A stretch of 64,000 nt of DNA from a bacterium. Its GTDB lineage: Bacteria; Desulfobacterota; DSWW01. The number at the start of each line of letters is the position of its first letter. The stretch's first letter is position 1. The stretch spans positions 21,493 through 85,492 of the forward strand of contig JBFLZG010000137.1 in assembly GCA_040756235.1 (NCBI GenBank), read 5' to 3'. Made by a program: the position numbers and the translations under genes. Positions 53,265-60,981 of the stretch are shown here, piece by piece. The notes under the pieces were generated by a model. That model made no database searches. It saw only the letters and a program-made list of their open reading frames with translations, and was not told the DNA's origin.

Positions 53265-54341
53265 ATGCAGATGGCCGAAAAGATCCATATTCTCGGGGCA
53301 GGCTTGTCGGGGATGGTTGCGGCGATCAACCTCGCTCGGCAGGGCCGGGAGGTTCTGGTGCTGGAGGGGGCGAAGGGCCTGGGCGGCATGGGCGGGCTGC
53401 ACCCCTCGGTGCACACGACCCCGATCGATCCGGCCTGGATGAGCCGGGAGATCGGTATCGACGTGACCCCGGTCTTCCACAGACCTAAAGGGTTCATGCT
53501 CGGCCTCGGCGACAAGACCTTCAAGCTCGACCCCGGCCCCATGCATTCCGTGGAGCGGGGCGCAAGGAAGACCTCGATCGACACCTTGCTCTACGAGGAG
53601 GCCCAAGCGGCCGGGGTCGCGTTCCAGTTCGGGGTCTACCTCAAGGACCTGCGCCAGCTTCCGAAGGGCTCGATCATCGCCACCGGACTCCACCACGAGA
53701 TGTACGACTACCTGGCCATACCCTCCGAAGTCCCGCGCGGCTTTGCCTCCACCCGCAAGATCGACTGGGAGAACTGGTGCGCGGGCAGTATGGCCTCTTA
53801 CACGGACGACTACTTTTACGCCAACTGCGTCAACCAGCTCATGTACGGGCTCCTGTTCGGCCGCAGGAAGGTGACGGTGGAGGGGCTGGAGGCCTGCAAG
53901 CTGGACATCCGGAAGAAGTTCGGCCTGGAGCTCGAGAACTGGGAGTACTTCACGGTGCGGGTGCCCACGGCCTCTGCCACCAACCCGAGGCTGTTCCAGG
54001 ACGGCTACATCCTGGCCGGCACCCTGGCCGGCGCCATGGACCCGATCGCCCTGTTCGGCATCCATGGCGCGCTGCTCTCGGGCAAGGTCGCGGCGACGGC
54101 GGTGGAGAGCCCGGATCAAGGCCTCGCGGAGTTCCGCAGGATCACGCGCTACTACCGGATCGCGTACTACGTGAAGCAGTTTCAGAAGAGCCTGCCGCCC
54201 AACCTGGCCGCGATGGAGTTCTCCCTCCGTCACCCGCGTCTGTTCTACCCGATGATGGCGATCTCCTCCGTCTCCGTACCGGGGTACCGTCAAGGCAACT
54301 GGAACTACGAGGTCATGAAGAAGTTGGAGAGGGTGCAGTAG
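53265..54341 (+). CDS. FAD-dependent oxidoreductase, geranylgeranyl-reductase-like
   Basis: KIHILGAGLSGMVAAINLARQGREVLVLE (Rossmann GxGxxG...E). LAGTLAGAMDPIALFGIHGALLSGKVAATA resembles the GDAAG.VDP.TG.GI..A..SG..AA block of the GGR/FixC family, with GT in place of GD. Confidence 0.55.
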   Translation: MQMAEKIHILGAGLSGMVAAINLARQGREVLVLEGAKGLGGMGGLHPSVHTTPIDPAWMSREIGIDVTPVFHRPKGFMLGLGDKTFKLDPGPMHSVERGARKTSIDTLLYEEAQAAGVAFQFGVYLKDLRQLPKGSIIATGLHHEMYDYLAIPSEVPRGFASTRKIDWENWCAGSMASYTDDYFYANCVNQLMYGLLFGRRKVTVEGLEACKLDIRKKFGLELENWEYFTVRVPTASATNPRLFQDGYILAGTLAGAMDPIALFGIHGALLSGKVAATAVESPDQGLAEFRRITRYYRIAYYVKQFQKSLPPNLAAMEFSLRHPRLFYPMMAISSVSVPGYRQGNWNYEVMKKLERVQ

Positions 54342-54423
54342 CCTCGAGCCTGCCCTCTACGACTCGGTCTATGTCGGGCGGAGGTTACATCACCGGGTCT
54401 TTCCGGGGTCCCGGGGAGAAACC

Positions 54424-57084
54424 ATGGAGCACTTCAGGCTATTCATCGATGGCGAGTTCGTCGAGGCCGAAAGCGGCGCCAGGCGCCCGTCCCTGGACCC
54501 GGGCAATGGCCAGCCCGTCGCCACCGTGGCCTGGGCCGGCGTGAGAGACGCCGATCGGGCCGTAATGGCCGCGCGGCGCGCTTTCGACAAAGGCGACTGG
54601 AGCGGTCTCGCTCCCAAGGACAGATCCCGATTCCTCTTCGACCTCGCGGACCGGCTGGGGAAGATGGCGCTGCGCATCATCCAGTACGAGTGCCAGGACT
54701 CCGGCGCCACGGTACGCCGCATCGGCGGGGAAGTGCTCGTGACGTCGGTGGTGATCCGGGACCTGGCCTGGTACGCGGCCGAGAAATTCGCCTGGCGGGA
54801 AGAGGTTCGTCTGAGCAGCTTCATTCCGACCCCGTGCCGGGACTACGTCGTTCGAGAACCCGTCGGCGTCTGCGCCGGCATCGCCCCCTGGAACGCTCCC
54901 TTCTCCATGGCGATCCTGAAGATCGTTCCCGCCGTCATCATGGGCAATGCGGTGGTTCTGAAGACCGCCTCCGACACGCCGATCAGCGCGCTCCTGTTGG
55001 CCGAGGCGGTGGCCGCCAGCGGCATACCGAAGGGAGTGGTCAACGTGATCACGGGTCCCGGTCCGGAAGTCGGCGAGGCCCTCTGCCGCCACCCGGGGGT
55101 CGACAGGATCAGCTTCACCGGCAGCACCGAGGTGGGGCGCAGGATCCTCGAGATGGGCGCCGACTCCGTCAAGAGAGTGACCGTGGAGCTGGGCGGCAAG
55201 TCGGCCGGCATCGTGCTGCCGGACGCAGACCTGGACATCGCCGTCGATGGTTCCGTCTTCGGCATCTTCCTCCACTCGGGCCAGGTCTGTGCCGCAGCCA
55301 GCCGGCTGCTCGTGCACCGGGACGTCTATGAGCCGTTCGTCGAACGGTTGAAGGCGCGCATTCCGGCCCTGAAGCTCGGCTACCAGCTGAACCCCGAAGT
55401 GCACATGGGACCTCTCATCTCCGAACGGCAAAGGGAGCGGGTCGAGCGGTATGTCGAGATCGGCAGGCGGGAAGGGGCGCGGCTCGTCTGCGGCGGCAGG
55501 CGTCCCGAGGGGCAGGAGTTCAGCAGCGGATTCTATTACGAACCCACGGTGTTCGCGGATGTCGACAATCGAATGACCATCGCCCGGGAGGAAATCTTCG
55601 GCCCCGTGGCCTGCGTCATACCCTTCGCAAGCGACGAGGAGGCGCTTCGGTTCGCCAACGACTCGGATTACGGGCTGGTCGGCGCGGTCTGGAGCCGTGA
55701 CACCGCACGGGCCGAACGCATCGCCGCGCGCATTCGGGCCGGCACGGTCTGGGTCAACGACTGGAACGCCTTCAACCAGTTCACGCCCTTCGGCGGATAC
55801 AAGCGGAGCGGCCTGGGACGGGAATTCGGACACGAGGGGCTCGCCGCGTACACCGAGGTCAAGCATCTGCACGTCTCCGGGGTGGCGGACAAGGAGAGCC
55901 GCGTCACGTATCAGCTCATGTTCGACTACCCGGCGAGCAAGGCCTTCCAGTTTCAGAGCCCCACCAGGATCGACGTCGGACCGGGAGCGGTTCAGAACAT
56001 CGGCAGCGAGATGTTCCAACTGGGCTGCCGACGGGCGGTCATCTTGTCTGACAAAGGGGTCCGGGACGCCGGCCTCGTGGACGTCGTCCAAAAAGCCGTG
56101 GGCGACTCGTGCGCGGGAGTTTTCGATGGTTGCGAGGAGGACCCCAGCTTCGAATCGGTCGACCGGGCCGCGGAGTTCTGCCGAAAGGCAGGCGCCGACT
56201 GTCTGATCAGCCTCGGCGGCGGCAGCTGCATCGACACCGCCAAATCGGTGTCGGTGATTCTTACGGTGGGAGGCAGGGCTCTCGATCATATCTTTGCCAG
56301 CCGCCTCGAGGGGCCGGTCACGCCGCACATCGCGGTCCCCACCACCGCGGGGACCGGTAGCGAGGTGACCTGCGGAGCGATCCTCACCCACAGGAAGCTG
56401 GGCCGCAAGCTGGGCTTCATGGACAAGGCCGTTTTTCCCCGGGCCGCGATCCTGGACCCGGTGCTCACCCGAACGCTTCCGCGGGGCCTTACCGTCGGCA
56501 GCGGGATGGACGCCCTCTCCCACGCCATCGAGGCGATCCTCTCCAAGCTCAGGAACCCGGTGGCAGAAGCCCACGGCCTCCACGCGATTCGCCTGATCGT
56601 GGAGAACCTTCCGCGGGCCGCGGAGCACCCGGACGATCTCGACGCGCGACTCAACATGCAGATTGCCTCCTCCATGGCCGGCATCGCGGTGTGCTCTGCA
56701 GGGGCGGGCGTGGGACACGCCATGGCGCACACGCTCGGGGCCTTGTATCACGTGCATCACGGAACCGGCTGCGGTATCTGCCTGCCCGTGGCCATGCGCT
56801 ACAATAAGGAGGTTTGCGCCCCGGAGCTGGCCCGTGTCGCCCAGGCCCTGGGCGTCGATACGCGCGGCCTCACAGAGAACGAAGCTGCGGATTCCGCTGT
56901 AACCGAGGTCGAGGGATTCATGCAACGTATCGGCCACCCGATCCGGATGAGCGAGGTGGGGGTGGACGAGACGGACTACGTGGTCCTGGCCCTGGAATGC
57001 ATGCTCGAGTTCTGCTGCCTCCTCAACGCCCGGCCGGTCACCAACCCCCTGGAGGTGGCTCACATGTTCCAGGCGGTGGCCTGA
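54424..57084 (+). CDS. fusion of a classical NAD(P)-dependent aldehyde dehydrogenase and an iron-containing alcohol dehydrogenase
   Basis: The N-terminal ~480 aa carry both ALDH signatures (VELGGKSA; FLHSGQVCAAASR) plus EEIFGPV. The C-terminal ~390 aa are Fe-ADH (GGGSCIDTAKS; HAMAHTLGALYHVHHGTGCGICLP). Confidence 0.85.
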   Translation: MEHFRLFIDGEFVEAESGARRPSLDPGNGQPVATVAWAGVRDADRAVMAARRAFDKGDWSGLAPKDRSRFLFDLADRLGKMALRIIQYECQDSGATVRRIGGEVLVTSVVIRDLAWYAAEKFAWREEVRLSSFIPTPCRDYVVREPVGVCAGIAPWNAPFSMAILKIVPAVIMGNAVVLKTASDTPISALLLAEAVAASGIPKGVVNVITGPGPEVGEALCRHPGVDRISFTGSTEVGRRILEMGADSVKRVTVELGGKSAGIVLPDADLDIAVDGSVFGIFLHSGQVCAAASRLLVHRDVYEPFVERLKARIPALKLGYQLNPEVHMGPLISERQRERVERYVEIGRREGARLVCGGRRPEGQEFSSGFYYEPTVFADVDNRMTIAREEIFGPVACVIPFASDEEALRFANDSDYGLVGAVWSRDTARAERIAARIRAGTVWVNDWNAFNQFTPFGGYKRSGLGREFGHEGLAAYTEVKHLHVSGVADKESRVTYQLMFDYPASKAFQFQSPTRIDVGPGAVQNIGSEMFQLGCRRAVILSDKGVRDAGLVDVVQKAVGDSCAGVFDGCEEDPSFESVDRAAEFCRKAGADCLISLGGGSCIDTAKSVSVILTVGGRALDHIFASRLEGPVTPHIAVPTTAGTGSEVTCGAILTHRKLGRKLGFMDKAVFPRAAILDPVLTRTLPRGLTVGSGMDALSHAIEAILSKLRNPVAEAHGLHAIRLIVENLPRAAEHPDDLDARLNMQIASSMAGIAVCSAGAGVGHAMAHTLGALYHVHHGTGCGICLPVAMRYNKEVCAPELARVAQALGVDTRGLTENEAADSAVTEVEGFMQRIGHPIRMSEVGVDETDYVVLALECMLEFCCLLNARPVTNPLEVAHMFQAVA

Positions 57085-57142
57085 TGAGAGCCCGCTGAAG
57101 AACAGGCACCGTGGCAGGCGAGCGGAAGCAGCGGATCGGCTT

Positions 57143-57161
57143 CTTCAACAGCCTGTTGAAG
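57143..57161 (+). promoter_or_regulatory. perfect 9-bp-arm palindrome CTTCAACAG-c-CTGTTGAAG abutting the RBS of the CrtC-like gene
   Basis: It ends 13 nt before ATG 57175. Its 3' arm runs into GGGGAG, the likely Shine-Dalgarno. Confidence 0.4.
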
Positions 57162-57174
57162 GGGAGCAAGCGTC

Positions 57175-58164
57175 ATGGCCCACGAGAAGACCGCGCAGAT
57201 CATCAAAGACCCGCCCGGCGTGGATGAAACGGCCCATCCCTTCGAGCCGGTCGAGTGGTGGTACGCCAATGCGCTGCTCGATGCGCCCGGCTCCCCCATC
57301 GACGGCTGCGCTCTGGTCGGGACATTCACGATCCAGAGGCAAATGGCCGAGTATTGCCATGGCCTGATCGTTTCGCCCGAAAAAGGGTCCTTGGCAGATT
57401 TTTCAGGCTACGAGCTGCCACCCGGGACCATTTCGAGCAGCCAGGAGGAGCTGCGCGTGGGCTGCCGCAAGAACTACCTGCGCGGCCGCTACCCCCGATG
57501 GAGGCTGCACCTGGAGGGAGAGGACTCGGGGCGTCTCTGCAGGGCCGATCTCGAATACCAGGCCGGGGTGGACGCGGACCGCCGCACCTACGACATTCCC
57601 CCTTCCTACATGCATCACTACGTCGTCTATCGGAGCCGGGTCCGGGGAGCGATCACCCTGGGAAAGGAGAGCTGGGAGGTCCGGGGAACGGGCTACTACG
57701 AGCATTTCTTCGGTTTCCTGAATCCGCTCGAGTCGAGCGGGTGGATCTGGTACTGGTGTCCCGCGGCCGGACCGCACCGGCTGGCCTTCAACCTGGGGGT
57801 GAGCGCCTTCCGGGGCGGCCGCAAGCCCCTGAGCTTCGTGTTTCTTACGGAAGACGGCAAGACCTTCGCCGACTTCACGTCGGCGTCGCTCGAGGTGCTG
57901 GAAGAGAGGAATCTCGGGGGGATCGTCTACCCGCACAAGATCCGTGTGACCGAAAGAAGCGAACAAGGGAAGCTCGACGCGGTGGTCACCCGGATGGAGG
58001 CCCATTATCACAGGGTGAACCGCAGCCCCCTGGCCACGTCCATATTCGTCACCGGCTTCTCGCTTCTGGAGGGGAGGGCCGCCTGGATGGGCCGGGGCTA
58101 CGACCTCACGGGCCGCGCCTTCGGCAGCGTCATGCGGGTGGAGCTGCCCGAGACGAACCCGTAG
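57175..58164 (+). CDS. CrtC/AttH-like lipocalin-fold hydratase (carotenoid 1,2-hydratase superfamily)
   Basis: HPFEPVEWWYANALLDAPG near the N-terminus and GTGYYEHFFG mid-protein are the two blocks I associate with the hydroxyneurosporene synthase (CrtC)/AttH family. 329 aa, with no signal peptide. Confidence 0.5.
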   Translation: MAHEKTAQIIKDPPGVDETAHPFEPVEWWYANALLDAPGSPIDGCALVGTFTIQRQMAEYCHGLIVSPEKGSLADFSGYELPPGTISSSQEELRVGCRKNYLRGRYPRWRLHLEGEDSGRLCRADLEYQAGVDADRRTYDIPPSYMHHYVVYRSRVRGAITLGKESWEVRGTGYYEHFFGFLNPLESSGWIWYWCPAAGPHRLAFNLGVSAFRGGRKPLSFVFLTEDGKTFADFTSASLEVLEERNLGGIVYPHKIRVTERSEQGKLDAVVTRMEAHYHRVNRSPLATSIFVTGFSLLEGRAAWMGRGYDLTGRAFGSVMRVELPETNP

Positions 58165-58215
58165 GAGCCCGCTGCAGGAACCCGGGGAGATGTTCCTGTC
58201 CGCCGCGTTGGCCGA

Positions 58216-59637
58216 TCAGCAACCCGAAGGCTGACGGCATTCGATCCAGTTGAGGATCCACTCGGTCACGTTGCGCGTCTTGTCCTCCGGCCCCAGGGGT
58301 ACGTAGCAGGCATCGTAGTCGCCGTAGTCGCCGAACGGTGCGCGCTCAGGCTCGACTGTGGCGCTCTCGTATTCCAGGGAAGCCACCGAGCTCGCGTGGC
58401 CGTAGCCGTCCATCACCCGGCTGGTGACCCTGGCACCGTACCCGTTCCCCTCCATCTCGGCCACGAAACGATCGACGTCTTGTTTGAGACAAGGCATGTC
58501 GCGATCGAGCAGCTCATCCGTTCCGCTGCCTCCTTGCATGACCAGGAAGTCCGGCAGGTCGGCCATTCCGGGCACGATCTGCCGGGTCGGAGAAGCGGCG
58601 TCCAGGTCGGCCCGGGTGCAGGATGCGGCCCGATGACCCGGGTCGATGTCCGGCGTCAGGGTCGTGCACGGCTCGAAGAAGTTGTTGAACAGAGCCCGGT
58701 AGAGCAAACCGCAGGGCTGCGGCGGGTCCAGGTTGACGTCGACCGGGTCGGTTCCATAGATCAGCCAGAAGGGGTCGGACGGCGGGCTCATGGTCACGAC
58801 ACCGCGGATGCGCGACCGGACGGAAGCATAATCCGCGTGGAGCGCCAGCATGGAGACCAGGTTCCCGCCGGCCGATTGCCCGGCGATGTAGATGTCGTTC
58901 GCGTCTCCCCCGTATGCGGCGATGTTCTGCACGGTCCAGCTGAACGCATCCGCCACGTCCTGCATGGCGTCCGGATACCAGGCAGCCTTGTCCATGAATC
59001 CCAGCTCGCCCGCGTCGAGCTTCAGCCGGCACTCCTCCTTGGTCTTGCAGGCCGCCGCGGAGAAGATCTTCGGATCAACCTCACGGTACTCCGTGACCAC
59101 CGTGATCCACTTCCTGGCTCCGGTGAAGACCTTCGGTATCCAGGAGTACATCTCCTTGGTCGAATCGGCCCAGGCCCCCCCGTGGACCCAGAACAAGACC
59201 CTTCTGGGGCCTGCGGCCGGCGCGTCGGAAGGAACGTAGATGTCCAGTTTCCTGGTTGGTTTGTTTTCCCAGTTCCTGTAGTGCTCCTGGTCCTGGGGGT
59301 CAGCCGAGCTCCCGTCCGCGTGCGCCTCTCCCTGGATGTTGCCCAGGACGCTCGAGCAGTTCTTGGGTTCTTCTTGTCCCCCGTCGGTCCAGTACGTGTC
59401 GATGCGCGTGACGGGGAAGTCGCCCGCATCTCCTCCGAACGGACCTTGGTAGGAACGGTCGAGATAGCAGCGAATGGTTGACCCGTCCAGGGAGTCCGGG
59501 CAGTCGTTGGCCGCGAGGAGCGCCTGCGGGTCAGCGCTTTCGAGCTGGCCGGAATCCGAGTGGCAACCGGCAAGACATGTGGCGGCGAGGAGGGCAAGAA
59601 GAAATCCAGGCGGCGAAATCCGTCGGCCAGCCGTCAT
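58216..59637 (-). CDS. alpha/beta-hydrolase (esterase/lipase) lipoprotein
   Basis: Start trimmed to ATG 59637. The lipobox is LLAATCLAGC. It has an HGG oxyanion motif (LFWVHGGAWADS) and a nucleophile elbow (IAGQSAGGN). Confidence 0.8.
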   Translation of the reverse strand: MTAGRRISPPGFLLALLAATCLAGCHSDSGQLESADPQALLAANDCPDSLDGSTIRCYLDRSYQGPFGGDAGDFPVTRIDTYWTDGGQEEPKNCSSVLGNIQGEAHADGSSADPQDQEHYRNWENKPTRKLDIYVPSDAPAAGPRRVLFWVHGGAWADSTKEMYSWIPKVFTGARKWITVVTEYREVDPKIFSAAACKTKEECRLKLDAGELGFMDKAAWYPDAMQDVADAFSWTVQNIAAYGGDANDIYIAGQSAGGNLVSMLALHADYASVRSRIRGVVTMSPPSDPFWLIYGTDPVDVNLDPPQPCGLLYRALFNNFFEPCTTLTPDIDPGHRAASCTRADLDAASPTRQIVPGMADLPDFLVMQGGSGTDELLDRDMPCLKQDVDRFVAEMEGNGYGARVTSRVMDGYGHASSVASLEYESATVEPERAPFGDYGDYDACYVPLGPEDKTRNVTEWILNWIECRQPSGC

Positions 59638-59898
59638 CCGAGCTTCCCTTCGCGCGGGTGGTGAAAGCAAGGCGCTCCTGCCAGAAGTTGATCGATTCAC
59701 GAGCCTATGGATCGGCGGGCTCCGTCCAAAAGTTGATCAAGACACCTGAAGAGTCGCCCCCGGGGCGCGGACCCGATCCGGCGGAAATCAGGCGGTTCCC
59801 GGTCGCTGCACCCATCGAATCGGATGAGAATGAGCTGTCGCGCGGAAGCTGCGGCAACCGCTCATCATCTGATGTATACATGCCGATGACAGGGAGGC

Positions 59899-60981
59899 AT
59901 GTCGGATGCCCTTGCCCTTGCCTTCCGGAGACCGCAGGCAAACGAACGAGCCGATTTGCGGGGGAAACGAGACGTGGATCTCTTGACCTGCAGCCCTCTC
60001 CCGAATCGATGCGCATGCCGTCTTTTCACTGCCCTTTCGGTCGTGGCGCTGACGGTCTGTGTGCCCGCCTGCGGCGGTGGGGACGGCCCGTCGATAGCCG
60101 CGGGGCCCGAGGCAGAAGGGATTTTCTGGTGGCCCTACGCCCAGACCGCTTGGTGCAACACGCATCACGACCCCTCCCTTTCCGACTACACCCGGTACGA
60201 CCCGGCAGACCGGTTCGAGGCGTCGGTCGTGCGTTTCGAGGAAATCACCGGCGACGCGCTCTTCACGGGCATGTCTTTCGACGATGCGAACGACCGCGTT
60301 TACGTGACGACCGGCCAGGCGGAGCAGCCCAACCTCTTCGCTTTCAACATGGCGGGGAAGCTCCAGTGGACCTCGGACGGCTGGGACCCGTCGAACTGGG
60401 ACCCGGGGGCCCGGCTCGGCTCCGGGGCGACCAGCGGCACCGCGATCGTGGACGTAGACGGGAACATCTACCTGTGCGACGCCGAGCGCGCCTGGTCCTC
60501 CACCCGCGACGGCCGCCTGCGCTGGTTAGCGCCTCTCCCGGTGGAAGAGAGTGACGGCAAAAGCTACCCGTTCATCACCCCGTTCTTCACCCGCACCGGA
60601 CAGGTCGGCGGCGTGACCGCAGCCGGGCGGGTCGTGATCCTGGACCGCGCGACCGGCACGTCCGTCCCGGGAAACGAGGGCGGGCTCCTGCTGCCGGGGC
60701 TGGTGGAGGTTCAGGACGAGACCGAATTCTCCGTTCCCGGCTTTCTGATGAGCCGGCTCCTCTGGAACACCTGCGACCCCGAGAACCCCTACATGATGGA
60801 CCCGACGCTCATCGCAGCCCTCGGTCAGGCCTTTCTGGGGCGGGCAGCCCCGTGGCCAACGCCGCGGCGGTCCTGCCCGACCCGGACGACCCGACGCGCA
60901 CGCGGGTCTATGTCGCAGCACGGCTCGCGCCGGAAAGCCCGGAGAGCCCTGTTTCGGTCCGGCTCTTCCGCGTGGACGTGA
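59899..60981 (+). CDS. PQQ-like beta-propeller lipoprotein, 5' part (reading frame breaks near 60840-60852)
   Basis: ATG 59899 after GGGAGG. The lipobox-like segment is SVVALTVCVPACGGG. The sequence is meaningful up to ...DPTLIAALGQAFLGRAAP and then becomes R/P/T-rich junk (WPTPRRSCPTRTTRRARG). Confidence 0.6.
   Translation: MSDALALAFRRPQANERADLRGKRDVDLLTCSPLPNRCACRLFTALSVVALTVCVPACGGGDGPSIAAGPEAEGIFWWPYAQTAWCNTHHDPSLSDYTRYDPADRFEASVVRFEEITGDALFTGMSFDDANDRVYVTTGQAEQPNLFAFNMAGKLQWTSDGWDPSNWDPGARLGSGATSGTAIVDVDGNIYLCDAERAWSSTRDGRLRWLAPLPVEESDGKSYPFITPFFTRTGQVGGVTAAGRVVILDRATGTSVPGNEGGLLLPGLVEVQDETEFSVPGFLMSRLLWNTCDPENPYMMDPTLIAALGQAFLGRAAPWPTPRRSCPTRTTRRARGSMSQHGSRRKARRALFRSGSSAWT

Noticed and set aside
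54424-57084. Annotating the ALDH-ADH fusion as AdhE
   Set aside because: The ALDH half carries the ELGGKS and G-Q-x-C signatures and the EEIFGPV of non-acylating dehydrogenases, not the CoA-acylating AdhE-type domain.
27645-58164. Interpreting the CrtI-like, DUF422, GGR-like and CrtC-like genes as a carotenoid biosynthesis cluster
   Set aside because: No GGPP synthase, phytoene/squalene synthase, cyclase or ketolase is present in the window. The genes are embedded among beta-oxidation, CoA-ligase, ALDH/ADH and transporter genes, which fits modification or catabolism better.
58175-58198. Bidirectional terminator between the CrtC-like and esterase genes (CAGGAAC-N10-GTTCCTG)
   Set aside because: The stem is only 7 bp with a 10-nt loop and no flanking T/A tracts. 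This is too weak to report as a feature.
59478-60554. 358-aa plus-strand ORF
   Set aside because: It is an out-of-frame shadow of the propeller lipoprotein gene and of the esterase upstream region. It is Arg/Gly/Pro-rich with no motifs.
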